DNA of 64,000 nt from Clostridium sp. CAG:433 (lineage in GTDB: Bacteria > Bacillota_I > Bacilli_A > RF39 > UBA660). The stretch is from the NCBI GenBank assembly GCA_000433675.1, contig FR893564.1:52660-116659 (forward strand), given 5' to 3'. Positions 18,889 through 28,091 of the stretch are shown piece by piece. The notes under the pieces are model-generated. The model made no database searches. It worked only from the letters and a program-made list of their open reading frames with translations, and was not told the DNA's origin. Numbering within the stretch: the stretch's first letter is position 1; each line of letters starts with the position of its first letter. Both the position numbers and the translations under genes were made by a program.

Positions 18889-21150
18889 ATGCAAGAAAGC
18901 AAATATTTCTATAATGGCATACCTTTATCTAAATATTGTAAAGATAATAATATTAATATAAGCACTATACGAGCAAGAATATGGAAAAAGAAACAAAGTA
19001 AAAAATATGAAAACTATACAGAACAAGAAATTGTAGATATGGTTATAGAGGCTTATGGTAGTGCTATTAAATATATATATAAAGGGATATCTTTAAGACA
19101 ATATTGCTTAGATAATGGTATTAATATAGGAACTATTAATTCTAGAATAAATAATCTACGAAAGAAAAATGAAAATCTGTCAAATGATGAATTAGTAATT
19201 TTAGCAATGGAAGAGTTTGATAATCAAAATTTTAGATTTTTTTATAAAGGTGTACCTTTAAAGGAATATTGTGAAAGTCATCCAGAAATAAATTACAATA
19301 CTATTAGAACATACATTAACAGAGAAAAAGAAAAGAATCCAGAATTATCTGATGAGGAACTAATTAAACAATATTTAGATAAAGAGCATAAAGGAATTTA
19401 TAAATATTACTATTTGGGAATTCCACTAAAACAATATTGTGATGAAAATAATTTGAATTATAGAAACGTAATTACATATATGAGTAGATATAGAAATACT
19501 GATAACTTTAAAGGCTTAAGTGATGATGAGTTTGTTGAGGCAATTATGGACCAATATCAACCCTTTGAGTCCAAATATCTATATAATGGACTAACTTTAA
19601 GAGAATATTGTGTTCAAAATGATTTGTCATATTATAGTGTAGTATCTTTTGTAAAAAGAAGATTAGCAAAAGACAGTACGAAGAGTATTGACTATTTAAT
19701 CGATGAAGGTATAAAAACAATAAATAGGTATGGAATAATTTACTATTATAAAGGCATACCTTTAAAAGATTATGCCGAGCAAAATGATTTGAATGCAAGT
19801 TCAATTCGTTGTGCTATTTTAAGAAAACAATTAAGAGGTAATAAAACATTACAAGAAATTATTGATGAGTGTGTTGAATCTTATCAAAAATTTTCTATCA
19901 AATATTATTATAATGGGATACCACTCTTAACATTTTGTAACGACATAGGCTTGAATTATAATACAATAATTCAAAAATATTTATATGAATATGCAGATAA
20001 AACTGACATCGGTATAGATGAAGCAATAAAACAAATTGTAGATTATTATATAGAACACCCACCAATAAAAACTAAATATTACTTCAATGATCAATCATTA
20101 ACAAAATTTTGTGATGTAAACGGTTATCCTTATCTAGCAATTTGGAGAAGAATTAAGACACTACAGTCTAAAGATGATTCATTAGATAATGAACAAATTA
20201 TAGCTTTAGCAATAAAAAAATATGAAGATAGATTACAAATAGGTAAAATAAACGAAATTTTTGATAAACTAAAAAATTCCAAGATATGTGATGTTAATGA
20301 AATAAAAAGTATATGTGAATTTTTAAAAGTTGATTTTGAAAATGTAACAGATTTAGTTAATATGGATTTTTCATATAACCAAGCAATTAATATGATATGG
20401 TATTTTTCAGATAAAAAAACTAGTAATAATTATAAAATGATTACTGATAAGAAAATAAAAGATATTTTTATTTTAGTTGATAATTTAAGAAGTTCCAATA
20501 AGGACATTGAGCAGTTTGAATTATATGATTTAATAGGAATATATAAAAGTGAGTTATATGATTCAAGAAGTGAAATATTATTAAGACAAAAAAGATATAT
20601 TTATAAAACAATATATTCATTATGTAGTAGCTATGAAATTAAAGTTAATAATAGTAATTATGAAGATTTTGAAAGCGAGATTAAGTATTATTTATTAATG
20701 GTAATAAATAGAATTAATTTAAACGAAAATGGGCAAATAATTAAATATATGGATTTGACCGTTAAAGGTTATTTTAGAACTTATCTAAAAAAATATAAGA
20801 AGCAAAATAATAGTTTATCATTAGATGATGCTAAATACTCTAGTGATAAAGGCACAAGAAGAGAAAAATCAAAAATTGACTATATTTCTGATCCTAAGAA
20901 TCCGTATGATAAAACTGAAAATACCTCATTTAGTTCAGATATGATGAAAGTATTACAATCATTATCTCCAGAGGATTTATCCCTTATTATGTTAAAATAT
21001 CAAGAAAATTATAGTGATGATGAATTGGTAAGCCATTTCGATTTAACACTTGATGAAATAAAACAAAAAGAAATTGAAATATTATCATTATTAAAAAATA
21101 ATGATAATATAAAAGTCTTAAAAAAAACTAAAAATGATAATAAAAAATGA
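18889..21150 (+). CDS. protein with eight tandem ~55-aa HTH-like repeats and sigma-70-like C-terminal region
   Basis: Repeats of Y(Y/F)YKGIPLKEYCExNNLNYNTIRTYI…; C-terminus LSPEDLSLIMLKYQENYSDDELVSHFDLTLDEIKQKE resembles sigma region 4. Confidence 0.5.
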   Translation: MQESKYFYNGIPLSKYCKDNNINISTIRARIWKKKQSKKYENYTEQEIVDMVIEAYGSAIKYIYKGISLRQYCLDNGINIGTINSRINNLRKKNENLSNDELVILAMEEFDNQNFRFFYKGVPLKEYCESHPEINYNTIRTYINREKEKNPELSDEELIKQYLDKEHKGIYKYYYLGIPLKQYCDENNLNYRNVITYMSRYRNTDNFKGLSDDEFVEAIMDQYQPFESKYLYNGLTLREYCVQNDLSYYSVVSFVKRRLAKDSTKSIDYLIDEGIKTINRYGIIYYYKGIPLKDYAEQNDLNASSIRCAILRKQLRGNKTLQEIIDECVESYQKFSIKYYYNGIPLLTFCNDIGLNYNTIIQKYLYEYADKTDIGIDEAIKQIVDYYIEHPPIKTKYYFNDQSLTKFCDVNGYPYLAIWRRIKTLQSKDDSLDNEQIIALAIKKYEDRLQIGKINEIFDKLKNSKICDVNEIKSICEFLKVDFENVTDLVNMDFSYNQAINMIWYFSDKKTSNNYKMITDKKIKDIFILVDNLRSSNKDIEQFELYDLIGIYKSELYDSRSEILLRQKRYIYKTIYSLCSSYEIKVNNSNYEDFESEIKYYLLMVINRINLNENGQIIKYMDLTVKGYFRTYLKKYKKQNNSLSLDDAKYSSDKGTRREKSKIDYISDPKNPYDKTENTSFSSDMMKVLQSLSPEDLSLIMLKYQENYSDDELVSHFDLTLDEIKQKEIEILSLLKNNDNIKVLKKTKNDNKK

Positions 21151-21332
21151 ATTTTAAATATTGTAATTCTATGTTAATTGATATATAGCTATATTGAAAT
21201 GTGCCTAAGAAACTTTTGACCTTAGGTCTTTTTATTTCGTTTTATAAATTTTTATGATATACTTATATCGATTAACGTTATTACTTACTATTATTTGTTG
21301 TCTAAAAAGTTGTCGTACTTCTTCCTTTAGGG

Positions 21333-21405
21333 CACCAGTGACGAATCTGTTCGAACTATTCGAACTTTTATATATGAATCAATCATTTTTGATTGATTTT
21401 TTTTT
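21333..21405 (+). repeat. direct repeat copy B (att site of element 1, includes tRNA 3'-end remnant)
   Basis: caccaGtgacgaatctgttcgaactattcgaacttttatatatgaatcaatca…tgattgattttttttt; preceded by tttagggcacca resembling the tRNA end ctttcagcacca. Confidence 0.75.
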
Positions 21406-21602
21406 ATCATCGTATAAAGAGTATGTAATTTTTTTATGACTATATTTATTAAAAATATGTCCATATTTTATAAATAAAAAATATTTTAATTGATGATAGA
21501 CAACTAATATACATAATAATATTTCATATTTTTCTGATATTAAATACAATTATAGATATTTTTAAATTTAATGATATAATAAATTAGAAAGAAGATGATG
21601 TT

Positions 21603-22370
21603 ATGGTACCTACAATAAAATTTAGAGAAATGACTTTACAGGAAAATATAGATATAATTAAATGGGCGTTTTATGAACAAAATGGTTCACTTTCTGTTCA
21701 TGATTTTACAGTTGGTTATTTTACAGAATTATCTGTTTTCGATAATAATACTCCACAAGAGGAAGTATATAAAAAAATAGAAGAAGTTGTTACTAAAGAA
21801 TATAATAAATATTTAGATAAAATTAAAAGTGAAACAAAAAGATATAATGATATTTGGAAAAAATATAATAACAAATATTTTTCAATGTTATCAACTTATT
21901 TTGAAATTGAATGGCCTAACATTGATGTGATAGAAGGAACTGTAGGTTTGATTCCAGTTTTCCCTAGATATTTAGATAAATTTTCTTTTTCGATTAGTAC
22001 AGATGTTGAAGAATGGAAATTAATTGAAACTTCTTCTCACGAAACATTACATTTTATATGGTTTGAAAAATGGAAACAAATTCATCCTGAAACTCCAAAA
22101 AGAGAATATGATTCACCATATATAACATGGGAATATAGTGAAATGGTAACTGATCCTATTTTGAACAATAAACCTTTTTCAGAAATTTTTGATAATATAT
22201 TTATTGAACGTGGGTATGATAGTTTTTATGAACTTACAGATAATGGTAATTTAGTAATGGATAATTTAAGAAATATTTATAGTGAAAATATTTCTGTTGA
22301 GGACAAGATGAATAAAGGATTTGAATATGTAAAAAATATTTTGGAATCAACCAATAATAATATAAAATAA
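21603..22370 (+). CDS. hypothetical protein
   Basis: 255-aa ORF with ATG and upstream AGAAAGAAG; no motif recognised. Confidence 0.45.
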   Translation: MVPTIKFREMTLQENIDIIKWAFYEQNGSLSVHDFTVGYFTELSVFDNNTPQEEVYKKIEEVVTKEYNKYLDKIKSETKRYNDIWKKYNNKYFSMLSTYFEIEWPNIDVIEGTVGLIPVFPRYLDKFSFSISTDVEEWKLIETSSHETLHFIWFEKWKQIHPETPKREYDSPYITWEYSEMVTDPILNNKPFSEIFDNIFIERGYDSFYELTDNGNLVMDNLRNIYSENISVEDKMNKGFEYVKNILESTNNNIK

Positions 22371-22979
22371 GTTGGCAATTATATGAATATTTATTTAAAT
22401 AGAATTGGAAATTAGTTTAAAAAATCAAAATAAAATTTCTATTGAACATATAATATAATTTTAAAAAAATAGGTTAAATACCTATTTTTTAATTTATAAT
22501 GTTTTTTATATAGTTTAATTCATATTAAACATTATTACTAAAAAGTTATTTGGGAAAAATTTTTACTTTAATTTTCTTTGATATAGTAGAAAAGGTATAA
22601 TCAAATTTTTCATAGAAATTGACAAAAAAATACTTGTGTGTTAGTATAACGATCATCTTTTTTTTAGATGAAAATTTTATTATGGGATTTTTAGTTTTAC
22701 GGTTAAGTACATACCAACTTTAATAAATAGAATGGTGGCATATTTTATAAATTATTGTTATTTTTTTATTTGATAAAATTCATTTAATATTAATCTTTTT
22801 TTGTAAAGTGTTATAAATATCTATGATGCTCCAACTATGTAGTAATTATATTGCTAAATAAGCATTAATTTAATAAAAAAGAAAACATTATTATGAAGAT
22901 GAGAAAGAAATATGAAAAAATAATAGCGATATGAAGATATAATTTTGTATGACATAATGATTGAATAGGTGGGATATTA

Positions 22980-23927
22980 ATGAAAGATAGAATTATGAAA
23001 TTAGATAAAAATATTCAAGAATACATAGGCTTAGGTTTAAGAGCGGGATTATTTAATAAAAATAATCTTGAGAGGATAGTATCAAGATTAGAACGTGTTA
23101 ATTTTTCTGTAGATAATAACAATCCTGGAGATGCACAAACGGAATCTATAAGGGATAGAAATAATCCAAGAATATCATATGGATTAAATGTAAAAATGAA
23201 TGAAAGAAGAACATTAAATTCAGGAAGATATTATTTTAAAGACGAGGTATTATTTCATGAATTAACACATTGCATTAACGGTATTTATGAAAATTTTATG
23301 GAAAATTTATCTTTATGGTTTGATTTAGATAAAATGTTTGAAAATAATTTTAGTGTTAAGAGTGATGCAATAGAGTCTATGGCAAATGATCCAAATTATA
23401 GACAAAAGTCTTATTCATGGTTAGTTTTAGATGAATTTGTTGCGCAGTATGTTGCACAATTATTGGTTGAAACAAAATATAATAAAAAAATATATGTTAA
23501 TGAAAGCAAACTAATAAGACAATCAAACCCTTCAATAAATGTAAACAATAATTTTGCAGATTATCATGAATTTTATGATATTGTAATTAATTTTATAAAG
23601 CCAATATATGGTAATGATTTAAATAAATTTATTGCTGACTCGTTAGATTCAACAGTTATAAATAAAATATTTAGTTATTATAAAAATGAACCAAGTGGTT
23701 TTGTAAAATTATATAGTTTACTGGGTGAAATGGGAAATATAGGATTTGCAGTTGCATCTCCTAATTTTACTGAAGTTCAGCGAGCAACTGATTATGATAT
23801 GATTGCTAGAGATTCTCATAATTTTTATTTACATTATAATGAGGTACTAAAAATAATAAATATTATTCTTGATAGAAAATCATATATTCCTGGTATTGAA
23901 GGTAATTTTGGAGGATTAAAACAATAG
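22980..23927 (+). CDS. putative zincin-like metallopeptidase (HExxH), paralog of 34898..35857
   Basis: LFHELTHCINGIYE motif; N-terminal GLGLRAGLFNKNNLERIVSRLERV matches YLGTKIGLFNNLNIERVVSRLERV of the 34898 ORF. Confidence 0.55.
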   Translation: MKDRIMKLDKNIQEYIGLGLRAGLFNKNNLERIVSRLERVNFSVDNNNPGDAQTESIRDRNNPRISYGLNVKMNERRTLNSGRYYFKDEVLFHELTHCINGIYENFMENLSLWFDLDKMFENNFSVKSDAIESMANDPNYRQKSYSWLVLDEFVAQYVAQLLVETKYNKKIYVNESKLIRQSNPSINVNNNFADYHEFYDIVINFIKPIYGNDLNKFIADSLDSTVINKIFSYYKNEPSGFVKLYSLLGEMGNIGFAVASPNFTEVQRATDYDMIARDSHNFYLHYNEVLKIINIILDRKSYIPGIEGNFGGLKQ

Positions 23928-24033
23928 TCAAATATTATAAAAATATTTTATAATAAGAATTAATTTATAGGTGATAACATGACAAATTTAGATATTAAAA
24001 ATATTACTTGAAAACTTGTTTTTTTATATATAG

Positions 24034-24061
24034 AATCAATCAGAAACGATTGATTTTTTTT
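24034..24061 (+). terminator. third copy of the tRNA-Thr-associated terminator hairpin
   Basis: GAATCAATCA-gaaac-GATTGATT followed by T9; about 40 bp resemble the distal part of the element-1 att repeats. Confidence 0.55.
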
Positions 24062-24382
24062 GTTATAATTAAAAAAAGTAAAAGAATTTATGGAAAATAA
24101 AATTGATATCATGATTGAAGATTCTTCAACTAAAATTAATGAATTAGTAAAAATAGTTAAAGTGTTATATTATGATACAAGATATAATAGAAATATTGAA
24201 AACGAAAATATTATTAGAGTATATAGTTGGTATGATATTTACATGAAAATAAATGAAATAAAAAAATTATGAGTAACTCAAATTTTTTTAGGGCAATATG
24301 AAAACTACTTCCATTAAATTGAAAGTAGTTTTATTAATTTAAAAATACATTTGTATAATCATTATTGCAAGTGTAAAAAATT

Positions 24383-24901
24383 TTAATCATTATTTTTATT
24401 AAATATTTTTCTGATTAGTTTTTTTGCCCCATTTTCTTGTTTGGATCCAGCAGGATATTCAACACCTTCAGGTAAATTCATTTTTAAATCGTCATGTTTA
24501 AACCAATAAACATCTCTTAAAGAATCAAATTTAAATTCAAGTAATTCAAGTTGGGATATCATATTAATATTTTTTTTCTTTTGTTTTGGCGACATAGAAT
24601 TAAATTTCTCAGCAATTGCGTTCATTTCGTCTGCAATACTTTGAGCTAGTGCAATATGTTCTTCATCAGATAAATCTTTAACTTCATTATAATCTATCAT
24701 CCAATCAATATTTTTAAAGAATTCAATATCTTCTGGTTTATTAAATTCTTTAAAGTCATATCTATTACTATCATCAACCACAAAAATACCAAAACCAAAA
24801 CTCTTCATAAAAACAGATGCAGGTATTGGTAAATCACAATGATTTAAGAAAGTAATATCATTCATTTGAACATAAGCCGCATTATCAGTAATTATTTTCA
24901 T
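24383..24901 (-). CDS. hypothetical protein, tandem paralog A
   Basis: 172 aa; shares MKII(T/C)DN…YVQ, FF(K/S)N(I/L)D…Y(N/D), RD(V/A)(Y/L)WFK…LPxxxEYP with the ORF at 25136. Confidence 0.5.
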   Translation of the reverse strand: MKIITDNAAYVQMNDITFLNHCDLPIPASVFMKSFGFGIFVVDDSNRYDFKEFNKPEDIEFFKNIDWMIDYNEVKDLSDEEHIALAQSIADEMNAIAEKFNSMSPKQKKKNINMISQLELLEFKFDSLRDVYWFKHDDLKMNLPEGVEYPAGSKQENGAKKLIRKIFNKNND

Positions 24902-25135
24902 GCATTAAAACCTCCTTCAATTAGGTTATATAATAGCATAATTTTATTTACGTTTCAATACTTATATTTATTGACCTTTAAAAAATTTGATTAAAAATTC
25001 TTTTTATGATAGTATATATGACAATTTAAAAAAGGTGGGGTTTAAATGGCTACAAAAATACAAAAACTCTTCAAAGATTAAATAAAAACTAATAAATCAA
25101 AAAAACTACTTTTAAGGTAGTTTTTATTAAAATGA

Positions 25136-25636
25136 TTAAGAAATCTTTTTTTGTTCTCTTTTAGTCAATAATCTTGAAAGTCTTTTTACTTTTTTGTCGC
25201 TTTTAATTTCTGTTTTTTCATTATCATCATATTCTATAGGGTATTCAATATTATCTGGTAATTCAAATTTTAAATATTTTTGTTTAAACCAAAGTGCATC
25301 CCTTAATGAATATATTTTGTATTCTTGTTTCAAAATATCATTTTTATTACTTTTTTCAGAATCAGTATTTTCCATTTTTATTTTTTCTAAATTTGCTTTT
25401 TGTATTAATTTAATTACATCATCTTCATCTATATTCTTTATATCATCATAATTAACTATAAAATCTAAATTACTAAAGAACTCTATATCTTTTGGACTAC
25501 TAAAAAGTTCAAATTCATATATATTTTCATCATTGATATTTATAAGTTTTAGATGATCAACATTTTCAGTATTATTTATTACAAAAGCAATATCTTTTTT
25601 TTGTACATATATACCATTATCACATATAATCTTCAA
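25136..25636 (-). CDS. hypothetical protein, tandem paralog B
   Basis: 166 aa; paralog of 24383..24901. Confidence 0.5.
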   Translation of the reverse strand: MKIICDNGIYVQKKDIAFVINNTENVDHLKLININDENIYEFELFSSPKDIEFFSNLDFIVNYDDIKNIDEDDVIKLIQKANLEKIKMENTDSEKSNKNDILKQEYKIYSLRDALWFKQKYLKFELPDNIEYPIEYDDNEKTEIKSDKKVKRLSRLLTKREQKKIS

Positions 25637-25802
25637 TTTTTTTACCTTCTTTCAAACTATTATATAATACCACAAATTTAAAAATAAATGTAGTAAATAA
25701 AATCTAAAAAATATGTAAAATTTTGTTTGCCCAAATTATTTGACAATTCTTATGACTTGTGCTATTATAATGGTCGTTATTTTCGAAGAGGGGGAGTCTT
25801 TT

Positions 25803-28043
25803 ATGGAAGAAACTAGAAAATCAACTGTAATTAGGGATTTAATAATAAAAATATTTCTAATACTTTTATTTGTATTTTTAATAACAATATTATTTCCTAT
25901 GCCTAACTTAACTGCATTTTATGATTCTGTATTTAATAATAACGTACAAAGCATGAAAGATGCTGCAGATAGTTATTTTACTAAAGATAGAATGCCTGAA
26001 AAAGTAGGAGATTCAGTAAAATTAACACTTCAAGATATGCTTGATAAAAAATTAATTTTACCATTCTTAGATAAAGATGGTAACGAATGTGATACTAAAA
26101 AATCATATGTTAAAGTAACAAAAGAAGAAAAAGAATACAAGCTAGAGGTTCATTTATCATGTCCTAATAAGGAAGATTATATTATTGAACCAATTGGATG
26201 TTATAATTTTTGTCCAGAACAAACAGTAAATTGTAATTGTTCATGTAGTGGTGCACAAGAAGAACAACCAACAACATCAGATGATGGTAAGGTTACTGTA
26301 AATAAAACAAATCCAACACCAAGTAATAATAATGATGGTGGTAAATACAAATTACAATATTTATATACAAGAACATTAACTGATATAAATTGGAATACTG
26401 GTAATTATCAATCAAATAAAGAAGACGAAAATGATAATGTAAGATTAGTAGATACTAAAACACAATATACAGGTCAAAAGAAAGTATCTGCTGGATCAAC
26501 ACAATATAAACATGTAAAATATGCTTATAAAGATAATTGGTCAGTAGTAACAGATTGGACTGATGAAGTTAAACCTATAACAGATAAGTTCAAATTATAT
26601 GCAACAAGAACATTATATACAGGTTATAAAAAAGTAACTAAAGATGTAATGAATTATAAACATATAAAATATGGTTATAGAGATAACTGGGTAATTGATA
26701 CAGGTTGGACTTATGATGTGATCCCAGAAACAACAAAAATTAAATTATATGCAACAAGAACATTATATACAGGTTATAAACCATATGTTGAAGAAACAAC
26801 GCAATATAAACATGTTAAATATGCAAATAAAGATACATGGACTGAAACAGGATGGTCAACAACTAAAAGAACTGAAAATAGTAATACTAAGTTAGTTGAT
26901 ACTAGATATACAGTTAGAAAAACAGTTAAAACAACTAAAGGTTCTTGGTCAGATTGGATAAAAGAAGGTGTTTGGAGAGATTCAAAACCTGCTGATTCAA
27001 GTACTAAACAATGGTATGGACCATATAATGAAAAAACTATAAGTACTTGGAAAACACTATATGATTCATGGAGTACAACAGAATTACAACAACCTATTTC
27101 AGGTAATAGAAGATATGAACTTTTAACTCAACATCCAGATGAATGTACAGATGCATGTAATGGTAATTCTACTGTAATGAGATATTATTACAGAGTATAT
27201 GAACTTCAAGAATCTAAACAATATATGTATTACTATAGAACATATTCTGAAACATCATCTACATCAACAGATGAAAAGGTTGTATCAAATCCAAAATCAT
27301 ATACAGATAATGGATATACAATTGTAAAAACAGAATATAAGTATAAAATAAAATCAAGTGATAATGAGATTGTTGATACAAAGTGGACAAATTCGAAAAC
27401 ATCACCATCAGGTTATGTATATGCTAATGAAAAGAAAGTAACTAAAACAACTAAATATAAAGCATTAGATAAATGGGTTACAAGTAAAGAAAAATTAGGT
27501 GAATATACATCTTACGTAAAAACTAAAAAACAATATAAATATAAAAGAAATAACCCAGAGAAATATGTTATTGGTACAATATGGACTACATCAAAAACAT
27601 CACCATCAGGTTATGAATATACTGGTGAATATACAAAGACAACAAAAACAACTTATGAACCATATAATAAATGGGTTACTAATAAAGACAAATTAGGTGA
27701 ATATACATACTATATAACAACAAAAACTCAATATAAATATAAACAAAATAATCCAGAAAAATATATTGAATCAACAATATGGACAGATTCAATAAATCCA
27801 CCTGCTGGATATACATATACTGGAGAATATAAAACAAATAGTTCAACATCATATGTAGATTTAGGTTACTGGGTTGATGATATAAAAGACTTAGGTGAAT
27901 ATACACATAATGTTAAAACTAGAAAATTATATAGATATAAATATAGAACAGTAATAACAAAAACTGAAAGCAGATGGTTTGACAAAAATCCTGGTGGAGA
28001 CTGGGTATATGCAAATCAAACAAGAAAAGTGAGAGTAAACTAA
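25803..28043 (+). CDS. large membrane-anchored repetitive protein (Cys-rich segment plus two families of ~50-aa Y/K/T-rich repeats)
   Basis: ATG 25803 after GGGGGAG; N-terminal TM; CYNFCPEQTVNCNCSCSG; repeats YKHVKYAYKDNW…KLYATRTLYTGYK (exact 39-bp DNA repeats at 26592 and 26742) and KWTNSKTSPSGY…LGEYT…KTQYKYK. Confidence 0.55.
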   Translation: MEETRKSTVIRDLIIKIFLILLFVFLITILFPMPNLTAFYDSVFNNNVQSMKDAADSYFTKDRMPEKVGDSVKLTLQDMLDKKLILPFLDKDGNECDTKKSYVKVTKEEKEYKLEVHLSCPNKEDYIIEPIGCYNFCPEQTVNCNCSCSGAQEEQPTTSDDGKVTVNKTNPTPSNNNDGGKYKLQYLYTRTLTDINWNTGNYQSNKEDENDNVRLVDTKTQYTGQKKVSAGSTQYKHVKYAYKDNWSVVTDWTDEVKPITDKFKLYATRTLYTGYKKVTKDVMNYKHIKYGYRDNWVIDTGWTYDVIPETTKIKLYATRTLYTGYKPYVEETTQYKHVKYANKDTWTETGWSTTKRTENSNTKLVDTRYTVRKTVKTTKGSWSDWIKEGVWRDSKPADSSTKQWYGPYNEKTISTWKTLYDSWSTTELQQPISGNRRYELLTQHPDECTDACNGNSTVMRYYYRVYELQESKQYMYYYRTYSETSSTSTDEKVVSNPKSYTDNGYTIVKTEYKYKIKSSDNEIVDTKWTNSKTSPSGYVYANEKKVTKTTKYKALDKWVTSKEKLGEYTSYVKTKKQYKYKRNNPEKYVIGTIWTTSKTSPSGYEYTGEYTKTTKTTYEPYNKWVTNKDKLGEYTYYITTKTQYKYKQNNPEKYIESTIWTDSINPPAGYTYTGEYKTNSSTSYVDLGYWVDDIKDLGEYTHNVKTRKLYRYKYRTVITKTESRWFDKNPGGDWVYANQTRKVRVN

Positions 28044-28091
28044 TTACTTTCATTTTTTTTTATGATAAAATAATTATTACGGAGGCATAAT

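Noticed and set aside
21254-21439. 61-aa ORF overlapping the right att repeat of element 1
   Set aside because: It spans the tRNA-remnant and terminator repeat and has no RBS. It is most likely a non-coding att region.
24090-24272. 60-aa ORF after the third hairpin copy
   Set aside because: It is short and AT-rich, with no clear RBS or motif. It could be real but is unsupported.
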